64,000 bases of DNA from Minisyncoccota bacterium (GTDB lineage: Bacteria > Patescibacteriota > Minisyncoccia > Phycocordibacterales > SW-6-46-9): the NCBI GenBank assembly GCA_040905385.1, contig JBBDRP010000002.1, positions 595,403 to 659,402 on the forward strand. Reading direction: 5' to 3'. Under the pieces are notes generated by a model. The model ran no database searches. It was not told the origin of the DNA and saw nothing but the letters and a program-made list of their open reading frames with translations. The translations under genes were made by a program, and so were the position numbers. This document shows positions 8,917 to 18,667 of the stretch, in pieces (position 1 is the first letter of the stretch; each line of letters begins with the position of its first letter).

Positions 8917-9645
8917 TTACCGCTGCTGCCATCCGTAAAAGGCCACCGCTGTTGAGGCCGCTGCATTCAAGGGAAGTCTCTCATCAGTCGGAATCGAGAT
9001 CAACTTATCGCAGTGCTCCTGGGTCTTTTCGCGAATTCCCGTCGCCTCATTACCCAGCACAAAGACTGTTGGTGACGCAAAGTTCTGCTCCGGCAGCGTC
9101 TCCTCCGCCTCACCCTCCAGACCGTACACCCAGAAGTCGTGCTCCTTTAGCTGGCGGATGATTGTGTTAACGTTCCCAATCGAGACAAGCGGAATCCGAA
9201 AGGCTGTCCCAGCCGATACCTTCACCACCGTAGATGAGACCGGCGCCTGGTTGTGCTCCGGAATCAGTACGCCGCTGATCCCAAAAGCCGCCGCATTTCG
9301 AATCACCGCTCCGACATTATGCGGATCCTGCAGCTCGCCCAGGATAACTAAACCGGTATCCTCCGTCACGTCCAAATTCTCGATAAATTCCTTGTAGTCG
9401 ACCAGTAATTTCTCGGCATCAATCTGCGCAATCACACCCTGGTGCGCATCCTCGGGTGACACGCTGCCGGGTGGGTGCTTTTTGCTAAAGTAGTGAATCG
9501 GGATGTCTGTATTCTTCATTCGATCATGCAGCGAGTGCCCCTGATACTCGGATTCAAAAAACACCTGCCTGATAACATCAGGTCGGTGGGCCAGCGCTTC
9601 TTCCAGCGCGTGCTTTCCGTATATGTAGTCTTTTCGTGCGTCCAT
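8917..9645 (-). CDS. rlmB: 23S rRNA 2'-O-methyltransferase RlmB (TrmH/SpoU family)
   Basis: 'IYGKHALEEAL', 'HQGVIA', 'QDPHNVGAVIRNA', 'LGNEATGIR', 'LNAA'; ATG 9645 follows TGCTATACT. Confidence 0.88.
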   Translation of the reverse strand: MDARKDYIYGKHALEEALAHRPDVIRQVFFESEYQGHSLHDRMKNTDIPIHYFSKKHPPGSVSPEDAHQGVIAQIDAEKLLVDYKEFIENLDVTEDTGLVILGELQDPHNVGAVIRNAAAFGISGVLIPEHNQAPVSSTVVKVSAGTAFRIPLVSIGNVNTIIRQLKEHDFWVYGLEGEAEETLPEQNFASPTVFVLGNEATGIREKTQEHCDKLISIPTDERLPLNAAASTAVAFYGWQQR

Positions 9646-9696
9646 GTGGTGGCAGTATAGCAACTGAAGGAGCTAAAGCCTAATACTTCCGCAACC

Positions 9697-10278
9697 TTAG
9701 CGCTCCTCTAATGTTGAGAGTATCGTCCTCACCGTATCAACGTAACCAACCTCATTCGGATCGGAAATATTCGCCGTGGCAACGTATACCTCATCTGAAC
9801 CAGCCGAAAGAATGTAGTAACGTATACCCGAGCCCATCGCCCCTTCGACGACGAATGTATGACCGGTATGATCACTAATCGTTACGCGTTGTGGTTGGGA
9901 CACGCCCTGAAGCCCTTGGGTCTGCTGCTCGTATTCCTGAGTCGCAAACTCCTGGATGGAAAGACCATCCGTCGACTGCGTGTAAATAGTAAGTGTAAAG
10001 CCGCCGGTTACTTCTGTCTGCGGTTCGCTGCCGGGGCCGATCAGCTGCGCCTTTACCCGCCCGGCCTCAACCGCTGTGTCGACCCGGTCCGGATACCGAA
10101 AGGTGAAATCAAAAGCCTCATTTTCGTACCCCTGCCAGTCAGTAGTATCAGGTGCTGCTGATTGTGTAGTAGAGGTGGCCTGATCGAACGTTATTGGTTG
10201 ATCCGTACGCGGCAAGAACCAGATACCGCCAGCCACCACCAGTATTATTAACAATGTAATGAAGAAAGTATGCTTCAT
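9697..10278 (-). CDS. Membrane-anchored PsbP-like domain protein
   Basis: TM helix, 'WQGYENEAFDFTFRYP', C-terminal 'ILSTL'. Confidence 0.6.
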   Translation of the reverse strand: MKHTFFITLLIILVVAGGIWFLPRTDQPITFDQATSTTQSAAPDTTDWQGYENEAFDFTFRYPDRVDTAVEAGRVKAQLIGPGSEPQTEVTGGFTLTIYTQSTDGLSIQEFATQEYEQQTQGLQGVSQPQRVTISDHTGHTFVVEGAMGSGIRYYILSAGSDEVYVATANISDPNEVGYVDTVRTILSTLEER

Positions 10279-10318
10279 ATCTCTATAAGTTACATCTTGA
10301 TAATAACACAAAGCCTGG

Positions 10319-11479
10319 TTATCGAATGACGGTTGTACGTTCAGGATAACCTCCTGATTGAGACACATCAATAATATGAAAATTCCTTCGACTGATTATA
10401 CGACCGTCAGATGACTCCACAGTTACACGCCAGCGGCCCGGAAATACATTATGCTTCAGTGTATATCCGCGATACCCCTCATCCCGACCACCACGCAGAG
10501 GGAAACTGATTCGCCCAGCGTCAATCCAGGATCTACTCTCCCTATCAAAGTACTCCCAATGATGTGCAATCGAAAGTGTGAGATCCGTCGGAGCAAACAC
10601 GGATGAGAAAAAGTAAACGGGCTCTCCAGAACGTAGATGTATCTGATCCGGCACAAACGGCACCCATTCGGTCAGAAAATCATTGACTTGCGTATCATCC
10701 GGGATCTGAAGCTGGTACTGGTAATCATTGATCCGTTCAACCGAGTACGCAAGCTGGGTCTCCTGTATCGATAATGGTAGTGGCGGCAGCACCGCCGTAA
10801 AGTAAAAAATATTCATCAGTGCGAATATACCAAACACTGTTGAGAAAACAGCTGCTCTACACCCTTCCAGTAGATCCGGCGCCAGCCAACTCAGCCAGTA
10901 TATGTACAGAAAAATAAGAAGAAGGCTAAGAAGACCAGAAAGTATAAACATAATGCTCCCCATCTCCAAAAAAATAATCGGAAGAAAAAAGACGGAGAAG
11001 AGAAATACACAAAAGAAAAGAATTCCGACCTGCACAGAGAGCTTCTGATACGTATCACGAAACAACTCATTACCAATCGCTAGACCTACGAGGAGAAGAA
11101 TAAAAATCCAGCTAACCATAAAGGATCCAGCCTGGGAGTACAGCACCAGAAATACACTGAAAAGTCCTCCAAGGGCAAACTGAATGATAAATGGCGAGGT
11201 CAGACGCAGCCACATCAAGAGCTGCTCGCGACGAACATTTCCTACCGGCGCGGTCAGGCGACCACTGTCATACAGCTGCATTACTGCAATGGCGGCTGCG
11301 GCAATCAACATATACACAATAAGGAGAATGTTCTCGTACAGCCGATCAATCCGCGTCACCGTTAGTAAGTCAAAAATAAATCCACTCAGCAGCGCCAGTG
11401 GTAGTAATCGTCTTTCGTTTTGTATGTACCAGTCCTTCAGCGCCACTATGCGCTCTGATTGGATAATTTTATTCATCAT
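10319..11479 (-). CDS. Multi-pass membrane protein with C-terminal DUF2914-like domain
   Basis: About 8 TM helices; 'SVFAP...HHW...GGRDEGYRGYT.K....GRWRVTVE'. Confidence 0.8.
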   Translation of the reverse strand: MMNKIIQSERIVALKDWYIQNERRLLPLALLSGFIFDLLTVTRIDRLYENILLIVYMLIAAAAIAVMQLYDSGRLTAPVGNVRREQLLMWLRLTSPFIIQFALGGLFSVFLVLYSQAGSFMVSWIFILLLVGLAIGNELFRDTYQKLSVQVGILFFCVFLFSVFFLPIIFLEMGSIMFILSGLLSLLLIFLYIYWLSWLAPDLLEGCRAAVFSTVFGIFALMNIFYFTAVLPPLPLSIQETQLAYSVERINDYQYQLQIPDDTQVNDFLTEWVPFVPDQIHLRSGEPVYFFSSVFAPTDLTLSIAHHWEYFDRESRSWIDAGRISFPLRGGRDEGYRGYTLKHNVFPGRWRVTVESSDGRIISRRNFHIIDVSQSGGYPERTTVIR

Positions 11480-11499
11480 AACAAGCTATTGATAGGAGA

Positions 11500-12168
11500 T
11501 TACAGTTGGCAAACAGGAACACACTGCGACGTGCATATCTCGGCGTTTTCCTGGTGTCGACAAGCCGAGGTACACTCCTGGAAATTTCCATCCTGCTGGC
11601 TGCACCACTGGCGAGATATATACTCACACTCCTTAGACTCAGCAAGCCAGGTACCACCGGCCGCACTGCAGGAGTTAGCCACTCCAACATCGTCTGGATT
11701 CGAGTCAGTAGTAGCCGGTGCCTCGGGTGTTACTGGCACAGCGGGATCCTGACTCAGCAGCACCAACAACGCGTCTACATCTTGGTTGGTAGTAACGTTT
11801 ACCTCTAGTCGTTCAGCGGTGTTATGAAGTAGCTGCACCAACCCCGCATCGGTTACGGTAGCGTCGGCTGATGTCTGCACCCCGGCTTCATTTAGATCCC
11901 CACGCGTCTGAGCACCTTCAAAATCCTCGGCGACCAATCCAGGATAGACATCCATGTACATCAACTGCTCCAGCCCCTCGATCGGATGGCCATCAAGTCG
12001 GTTCAACGTCTGCTGCTGGATCATATCCACAAAGTAGCGCTCGGATGGGGTAAAGGAGAGATCCTCAGGTTCGTCTAGAGAATCAGACCCCGCTGCCACA
12101 ATTAAAAGTGACAGGATCGCCAATACGACCAGCGACAGGATGATAATTATTTTTCGATTTAGCTGCAT
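11500..12168 (-). CDS. Membrane-anchored protein with C-terminal 8-Cys domain
   Basis: TM anchor; 'CSAAGGTW...CEY...C...CTSACRH...CTSQCVPVC'. Confidence 0.7.
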   Translation of the reverse strand: MQLNRKIIIILSLVVLAILSLLIVAAGSDSLDEPEDLSFTPSERYFVDMIQQQTLNRLDGHPIEGLEQLMYMDVYPGLVAEDFEGAQTRGDLNEAGVQTSADATVTDAGLVQLLHNTAERLEVNVTTNQDVDALLVLLSQDPAVPVTPEAPATTDSNPDDVGVANSCSAAGGTWLAESKECEYISRQWCSQQDGNFQECTSACRHQENAEICTSQCVPVCQL

Positions 12169-12217
12169 TAGCTACACCTTAGCATATAAATAACGCAGCT
12201 CCATAACCAAGATATAG

Positions 12218-12246
12218 TTGACATTTAAAGTACTAATACGTATAAT
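12218..12246 (+). promoter_or_regulatory. Perfect consensus sigma70 promoter
   Basis: TTGACA-17 nt-TATAAT. Confidence 0.85.
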
Positions 12247-12284
12247 AGTTGCAGATAAAATCCCAACATTAAAAATCGAATATT

Positions 12285-12803
12285 ATGAGTAAAGACACAA
12301 AAACCATCTGGTTATTTCGCGGACCTGCACCCGATGTGTATGTAAACGCATATGAAGAAGAGACTCTTGAAAAAGTAGAAAACGAACGATCCATGTCAGT
12401 CAAGAGTGCCGTGGAGGGTATAAATCTAACCAAAAAATATTTACTTAGATTTAACCGGGTAATACTCGCCGGAAACACAAGAACAGAACAATGGGCTAAT
12501 ATTCTTTTGATAAATTCGGATAAACCACTTAGTAGTACTATGTACAACATAATGCCAGAAAGTGACCTGATTGCACGCATGTGCGTCGAGACAAGCAGAG
12601 AACATATTCTTGTTGTCTTTGGCAGAGAGCTAATTATAAACACCGCAGTCAAAATTACACAGGACCTCACAATTCGAAGCATTGATCTAGACTTCTGCGA
12701 GGGAATTAGAATCAATCTCCCCAACGGAGACTTTGAAAAAATCTCGCCAAATGCGAGGAAAAAATCACTTCATAATACTAACCCAAGCAGCCAGAATCAT
12801 TAG
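12285..12803 (+). CDS. Hypothetical protein (AT-rich orphan)
   Basis: 172 aa ORF with its own promoter and terminator. Confidence 0.6.
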   Translation: MSKDTKTIWLFRGPAPDVYVNAYEEETLEKVENERSMSVKSAVEGINLTKKYLLRFNRVILAGNTRTEQWANILLINSDKPLSSTMYNIMPESDLIARMCVETSREHILVVFGRELIINTAVKITQDLTIRSIDLDFCEGIRINLPNGDFEKISPNARKKSLHNTNPSSQNH

Positions 12804-12820
12804 ATTCCGGCTGCTTTTTT
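12786..12820 (+). terminator. Intrinsic terminator overlapping the stop codon
   Basis: AGCAGCCAGAATC...GATTCCGGCTGCT followed by T-run. Confidence 0.7.
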
Positions 12821-12881
12821 ATACCTATATTTTATTGAAAAAATTAAGAATTTTTTTATATAATTAATTATATAAAAACTA

Positions 12882-13793
12882 CTACTGACTGTAATGGTCA
12901 AAAAGTGCCTTCACCCCAGCCAAATTACGACTCCACTCAATACTGTTGCGTGTCTCTAGCTCTACCGTCACGGCCGGGATCCCAATCGATGCCAGCCAGC
13001 CTTCAACATCACCCGTAATCGGATAAGCGTCAAAGGAAGCAACCGCATTATAACCTGCCGCCCTGGCGTAGGTATTCATGACCTCCATCGTCGCCGGCAG
13101 GACGCCGCTGTTGCATTCTGATCCGTACACCGTATTAGCCTGACTGTGCCAGAAGACGGCGGCCGTGATTGTCTGCTCCTGGACAAAGTCGCGAATAGCT
13201 CGCGCCTCCGGTTCCGAGAATACCCCGCTGCCGGCACTCACCATCTGTCCGCGCCAGGAGCTTTCTGGTGCCCAGTTACAGTCAAAGTTACGGTTCAGAT
13301 CAACACCGTTGGCATTAAACCTCCCCGTTCCGTCGTACACTAAATCTGCCGGAACCTCGACGGCCATAAAGCGACCTTCCTTTCCGATCACGTCATACAG
13401 GCCGTCCGGGTTAGCCGACGGAATGATTGTGACCGTTATATTAGCCGGAATTTCATCGGGATTTGCCTGCAAGTAATCCATCATGTTGTAGGCAAGTAGG
13501 ACACTGTTCCATTCGTACCCACCATGGATGCCACCCACAAAGAGCAGATGCGTCGGACCGCTGCCGTAGGTAAACGCCTGGATCTGGCGACCTTCTACCG
13601 AGGTGCCAACAACTTCATGATCCACCACAGCGGTGGTTGTTGCCACAGCTGGATCCGTTGAGGTAGCCGGATACCCCTGATCCAGCGATGATGCAGGGCC
13701 ACCAGAGAAAACGCCAAGTATAAACAAAGCAACCCCGACTGCTGCCGCAATCAGGATTGCAATTAATACATATCGTAAGACGCTGGGTGACAT
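12882..13793 (-). CDS. M14 zinc carboxypeptidase (MpaA-like), apparently active
   Basis: GIHGGYE, NPDG, RFNANGVDLNRNF, third Zn ligand 'WHS', catalytic Glu 'TVELE'. Confidence 0.88.
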   Translation of the reverse strand: MSPSVLRYVLIAILIAAAVGVALFILGVFSGGPASSLDQGYPATSTDPAVATTTAVVDHEVVGTSVEGRQIQAFTYGSGPTHLLFVGGIHGGYEWNSVLLAYNMMDYLQANPDEIPANITVTIIPSANPDGLYDVIGKEGRFMAVEVPADLVYDGTGRFNANGVDLNRNFDCNWAPESSWRGQMVSAGSGVFSEPEARAIRDFVQEQTITAAVFWHSQANTVYGSECNSGVLPATMEVMNTYARAAGYNAVASFDAYPITGDVEGWLASIGIPAVTVELETRNSIEWSRNLAGVKALFDHYSQ

Positions 13794-13798
13794 AAGGT

Positions 13799-14737
13799 TT
13801 AGTTAGCGTAAAAGTCGAGTACGGCCTCGAGTCCGGCCTGGTTACGACTCCACTCAACATCCTGATGATTCGTAAGAAGCACGCTAATTGCTGGAATGTC
13901 CTCACCAGCCATCCAGTTCACCATATCTCCGTTTATAGGATATGCCGTAAACTCACCCTCAGCAGCGTATCCAGAGGCTGAGGCATATAGATTCATCAAC
14001 TCAATAGACTGGGTCGAAACCGGACCATCACAGCTGGATGAGTAGACACCACCGGCTGCGCTGTAAAACACCACGGCTGCATCTGGATTATTGGCTCTCA
14101 CATAATCACGAATTGCCTGAGATTCTGGCTCCGAAAACGGATCCTCACCACCACTGACAGTTCGTGTCTGCCAACTGCTTTGGCTCTGCCAGTTACAGTC
14201 AAAGTTACGGTTCAGGTCTACATTATTAGCATTGAATCGTCCAGGAATCGTCTCGCTCAGTGATGGCATATCGGCGGCGGTAAAGTCATCTCCTGTTGTG
14301 CCAGCAATCCGGTACAGTCCGTCTGGATTAAGAACCGGAATCACCGTCACGGATACATTGCTCGGCACGACACTCGGGTTGCTTTGGAGGTAATCGATAA
14401 TATCGTAGGAAAGCAGTGTGGTGTTGAACTCGTATCCACCATGGATACCGCCCACAAAAAGCAGCTCTGTCTCTCCGTCACCGAACTGATAGGCGGTAAT
14501 ATCCCGCCCATCTACGGACGTACCAATGACCGTCTGATTCGAGGCTGTGGTTGCTTCTTCATCAGTCTCGGTGGTCGTTGCTGATTCATCGGTTGACGTA
14601 GCTGGCGTATCGGTCGCCATCTCCTGGTCAGAGTCATCCGAAGCCACAAACTCTGACGAATCGCTAAACAGGTAGTACGCACCAACTCCAACGAGCAGCA
14701 GAACTATAATTGTAATAATTGATTTTGTGTTTTTCAT
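13799..14737 (-). CDS. M14 carboxypeptidase paralog, probably catalytically dead
   Basis: Same scaffold motifs but 'FYS' for 'WHS' and 'SVLLT' for 'TVELE'. Confidence 0.82.
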   Translation of the reverse strand: MKNTKSIITIIVLLLVGVGAYYLFSDSSEFVASDDSDQEMATDTPATSTDESATTTETDEEATTASNQTVIGTSVDGRDITAYQFGDGETELLFVGGIHGGYEFNTTLLSYDIIDYLQSNPSVVPSNVSVTVIPVLNPDGLYRIAGTTGDDFTAADMPSLSETIPGRFNANNVDLNRNFDCNWQSQSSWQTRTVSGGEDPFSEPESQAIRDYVRANNPDAAVVFYSAAGGVYSSSCDGPVSTQSIELMNLYASASGYAAEGEFTAYPINGDMVNWMAGEDIPAISVLLTNHQDVEWSRNQAGLEAVLDFYAN

Positions 14738-14792
14738 GATAGGTCTATTTTAACACGCTGAATATCGCTTCACCATACATTTTTCAAGAGAT

Positions 14793-16358
14793 TTACATAC
14801 CGCCACCTATTGTATAACTTCCACAAACTTGATCCGAATCATTGAATGGAACCTCATCACCTTCAAACTGATTCGTGCCAACACAGTATCCGCTCTGATT
14901 TACCTCAATAATATAACCAGGTCCCTCTCCAGATGGATCTTCGGGAATCTCGTCAATAAAAACACTCTCTAACTCACCACCAGCTGCATCATGACAACTT
15001 TCATAACTACCATCATTAGCATTAGCACAAAGCTCGATGGCTGTACGGATCTGCTGCATATCAGATTGGCGCCGTGCATCTCGTGCATCCTGTCTAGCAT
15101 TTTCAGTAGCTTGTTGACTAAACTCTCCTGGCTCACCAGCAGCACCGCCCATAACGCCACCAAACATTCCGGACATGATTTCCTCTAGTGGTCGAGCATT
15201 TTCAGGTGCGGAAATATCCACCGGTTCATTGTGATCAGAGAAGCTCAACTCGATAAAGCCGTCAATTCCTGTAATGCCCGTGTAGTCTGTCTGGGGAGAC
15301 AGTTCACGTAACTCTTCTGCGGTAAATGATGAATCAATGCGGATCCGTTGGAAAAACAGTGTATCCTCGGCCACCCAGAAGGACAGGCTGTCGGCCACCT
15401 CTTCGATTCGAGCAATCGTCTCTTCGTAGGAAGCCGCCTGCTGCTGGAAGTCCCCATAGGCTGGAGAAGCCGCAAACTCCGGCTCATTCTCCTCGATAAT
15501 ACGCTGTATCTCAGTCAGCAGCGACGGAATAGCTGCGCTGTCAACTGCGATATCGTACCGATAGGCATCAACCCCCGCGTCGGTTCGAACCTGACGAACC
15601 TCCTCAATCGTAAATACATCCGAATCAGCCACGGCCGTAAAAATCTCTCGGTACGTCTCGTCAGATAGCTCAGTCTCGTCTGTCTCTAACTGATTCGGAG
15701 CCGTAAAATTGGAGGCTGGTGATTCTCCCAGTCCAATCCACTGGCCGGCAAATGACTGGAGCGGCAAGAAGGCAAGATTCGGTAGCGCTCTACCGTATAC
15801 GTAGCTTTCACCGGCCACCTGCCGGAACTCAATACCTATTACTTCATCAAGACTGTCAGCACCGACCGAGAAGGAGACGTCGAAGGCCACATCACTCTGT
15901 ACTTCAGTCTCCTGATCATCCGCTAGCGAGGCATTTCCCTCTATTGTGAGCCGTGTTGTTATCTCTTCTGGAATCTCTTCATCGGCAGAGATACCTAGAA
16001 CACTACCAAACAGCTGCCTGAGACTAGCTGCATCCTCTCTCGTTTCAAAGGCAGCCGGATCAAGTCCAATGACTGCTTCCAAAGCAAGCGTTGTCTGTAT
16101 CGTCTCCAGATCACCCTGTGCCTCCATTATTTCTGTAAATGACGGAGCGGAATCAGAATCAACCCCACCGCCAAGCTGTGAGTAAGCAAAAGCGCCACCA
16201 ATCAAAAGCAGTACAATTATCGCCACCGTAGCAACTAGGCTTCCTGCATGATGCTTTTCGGTTGACGGTTCAGGCGATGCAGTGGCCTTATCGTAATGCG
16301 GGTGCGGAATATCTCTGGAATTCTCCGCAGTATCAGGGCTGGTATCTTGATTTTCCAT
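14793..16358 (-). CDS. Membrane-anchored protein with a beta-rich middle and a C-terminal pilin-head-like domain
   Basis: N-terminal TM; 'ARQDARDARRQSDMQQIRTAIELC' matches the pilin at 40178..40726. Confidence 0.7.
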   Translation of the reverse strand: MENQDTSPDTAENSRDIPHPHYDKATASPEPSTEKHHAGSLVATVAIIVLLLIGGAFAYSQLGGGVDSDSAPSFTEIMEAQGDLETIQTTLALEAVIGLDPAAFETREDAASLRQLFGSVLGISADEEIPEEITTRLTIEGNASLADDQETEVQSDVAFDVSFSVGADSLDEVIGIEFRQVAGESYVYGRALPNLAFLPLQSFAGQWIGLGESPASNFTAPNQLETDETELSDETYREIFTAVADSDVFTIEEVRQVRTDAGVDAYRYDIAVDSAAIPSLLTEIQRIIEENEPEFAASPAYGDFQQQAASYEETIARIEEVADSLSFWVAEDTLFFQRIRIDSSFTAEELRELSPQTDYTGITGIDGFIELSFSDHNEPVDISAPENARPLEEIMSGMFGGVMGGAAGEPGEFSQQATENARQDARDARRQSDMQQIRTAIELCANANDGSYESCHDAAGGELESVFIDEIPEDPSGEGPGYIIEVNQSGYCVGTNQFEGDEVPFNDSDQVCGSYTIGGGM

Positions 16359-16490
16359 ACTAAAAATTAGATTATGTGTGTAAATAACGCCTTATGGACG
16401 TATATTCAGCATATCACGAAATATATCGATAGATCGGCACCATGATCTGCGGTCTGCTGATGACTTGCAAAGCCTCCTGGCCCCCGTCAG

Positions 16491-18293
16491 CTACTTATCC
16501 GACTTAAGACGCCTGCCTTCGTCCAGAATCTTTTTTCGCAGCCGTGTGCTCTTTGGGGTTATTTCCAGATACTCATCGCTGGACATGATTTCCAGACCGC
16601 GCTCGATCGTTACCGGCGTCGGTGGGGCCAGGTCAACATTCTCATCCGATCCGCTAGCACGCATGTTGGTGAGATTCTTCCCCTTGGTTGGGTTGACCGC
16701 CATCTCATCACCCTTGGCCACGTTTCCGATCACCATGCCTTCATAGACATTCGTGTTCGGTGAAATGTAAAGCTCACCGCGCTGCTGCAGATTATTAAGC
16801 GCAAAAGCCAGCGCCTTACCGGACGACATCGAGGCCATTGATCCCACCGCGCGACGTGCCACCGCACCTGCATACGGCTTGAAACCAATCATCCGCGATG
16901 AGAGAATTCCGGCACCTTTCGTATCTACCACAAACTGACTACGGTATCCCAGCAGTCCTCGCGTCGGACCCTCAAAGGTCATCTGCACGCGTTCACCCGC
17001 CTGCTTCAGATCCTTCATGATGATTTGTCGGGCAGCCAACTTCTCAATAACCGTGCCCTGTGTCTCGGCCGGCGTATCTACGTTCACCTCCTCGAAAGGC
17101 TCCATCTTCTTACCATCCACCTCCTTCGTAATTGCCTGGGGCTGGGAAATCTGCAGCTCGTACCCCTCACGACGCATATTCTCCAAAAGAATGGCGATGT
17201 GCAGCTCACCACGGCCACGAACAACCATCTTCCCTTCGAGAAAATCAACATCCAGTCCAACATTAACCTCGATCTCCTTCTCCAGCCGCTCGCGGATCTG
17301 TCGGCCAGTTACGTAGTCACCCTCCTGCCCGGCAAAGGGCGAGTCATTTACTAAAAATTCTAGTGCAATCGTTGGCTCATCAATATGAATGGCCGGCAGT
17401 GGCTCGACATCCTCGCTGCCGGCAATTGTGTCACCAATATAGATATCCTCCAGCCCAGCGACCATTACAATGTCACCGGCCGTTGCCTCATCAACCTCGG
17501 TACGCTGAATCCCCTCGAAGGCAAAAAGCTTGGAGATTTTTCCTGGCTGTACACTGCCGTCAGGTTTTTCGACAAACACCTTCATGCCGGCGGCGAGAGA
17601 GCCTTCATACACACGTGCAATTGCCAGCCGACCCAGGAAATTATCATAGGCCAGATTAAACGGCTGTGCCTGTAGATCGGCGGACTCAGTCGAAACATCC
17701 TCTCCAGCCGCCGGTGGTACCTCCTTCAAGATTGTGTCCAAAAGTGGTGTCATATCAACCGGATCATCGGTCGTCTCATACATGGCTGCACCTTCAATCC
17801 CGATTGCATACAGGCTGGTAAACTCCAGCTGTGTCTCATCACCCTCTGTCTCAGCCACCAGGTCAAAGAAAAGCTCCAGCACCTCGTCCTGAACACGGTC
17901 GGGATCAGCCGCCGGCTTATCAATCTTGTTGATCACCACAATCGGCTTCAGCCCAAGCTCTAATGACTTTTTTAGTACAAAGCGCGTCTGTGGCATCGGC
18001 CCCTCCTGTGCATCCACAATTAGGAGTACTGCGTCAATACTGCGCAACACGCGCTCCACTTCCGAGCCGAAGTCGGCGTGTCCTGGTGTATCCACAATAT
18101 TAATCTTGGTATCCTTCCAGCGGACCGAGGTATTTTTGGAGTAAATCGTAATGCCTCGCTCCTTCTCTAGCATATCCGAGTCCATACTCGTATCATCCGT
18201 CACCGCGCCAGTCTGGCGCATGATGGCGTCGGTCAGCGTGGTCTTCCCATGATCCACGTGGGCAATTATGGCAATGTTTCTTATTTCAGACAT
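16491..18293 (-). CDS. typA: Translational GTPase TypA/BipA
   Basis: '[17 protein letters not shown]', 'ERGITI', 'DTPGHADF', 'NKID', '[18 protein letters not shown]', '[11 protein letters not shown]'. Confidence 0.97.
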   Translation of the reverse strand: MSEIRNIAIIAHVDHGKTTLTDAIMRQTGAVTDDTSMDSDMLEKERGITIYSKNTSVRWKDTKINIVDTPGHADFGSEVERVLRSIDAVLLIVDAQEGPMPQTRFVLKKSLELGLKPIVVINKIDKPAADPDRVQDEVLELFFDLVAETEGDETQLEFTSLYAIGIEGAAMYETTDDPVDMTPLLDTILKEVPPAAGEDVSTESADLQAQPFNLAYDNFLGRLAIARVYEGSLAAGMKVFVEKPDGSVQPGKISKLFAFEGIQRTEVDEATAGDIVMVAGLEDIYIGDTIAGSEDVEPLPAIHIDEPTIALEFLVNDSPFAGQEGDYVTGRQIRERLEKEIEVNVGLDVDFLEGKMVVRGRGELHIAILLENMRREGYELQISQPQAITKEVDGKKMEPFEEVNVDTPAETQGTVIEKLAARQIIMKDLKQAGERVQMTFEGPTRGLLGYRSQFVVDTKGAGILSSRMIGFKPYAGAVARRAVGSMASMSSGKALAFALNNLQQRGELYISPNTNVYEGMVIGNVAKGDEMAVNPTKGKNLTNMRASGSDENVDLAPPTPVTIERGLEIMSSDEYLEITPKSTRLRKKILDEGRRLKSDK

Positions 18294-18326
18294 GTATGTT
18301 TTATATTCAATGCATCTTTAAACCCA

Positions 18327-18394
18327 AAACTATTCGCACCGCCTGCCTGACGGCAGACAGGTAGCCGACAGCTCTAGCTGGCGTGGTACCGGGG
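18327..18394 (-). repeat. Dispersed ~68 bp palindromic element, copy 1
   Basis: Reverse complement nearly identical to 20453-20520; contains AGCTAGAGCT and CCTGTCTGCCGTCAGGCAGG. Confidence 0.8.
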
Positions 18395-18428
18395 TGGGCG
18401 ATTATGGCTATTTTCTAATTTCAGACAT
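18394..18428 (-). repeat. Degenerate duplicate of the typA 5' end
   Basis: ATGTCTGAAATTAGAAA-ATAGCCATAATCGCCCAC versus real start 18258-18293; 1-nt deletion. Confidence 0.85.
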
Positions 18429-18533
18429 ATAAATGTTATGTTTCCAACTAAATCATCAAACGACCACATCCCGCCGCGCGAAGCTCCTTTGTGCCTCCGA
18501 AGCTTTATGCGAAGGGGTATCGAGCGAAGTGAG

Positions 18534-18566
18534 GTGGGCTATAATTGCAATGTTTCTAATTTCCAT
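18534..18566 (-). repeat. Second duplicate of the typA 5' end ([11 protein letters not shown])
   Basis: Synonymously recoded codons; ends at the same GCCCAC; promoter box TGCTATACT at 18630-18638. Confidence 0.88.
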
Positions 18567-18667
18567 AGGTTTTCTATATAAAAGCAAAAGAGCCCTAACC
18601 GTCCAGGGATCTCATGCAGATGCGTGGCGTAGTATAGCACAGAAAATAGCTGAAAAGCTAGAGGAAA

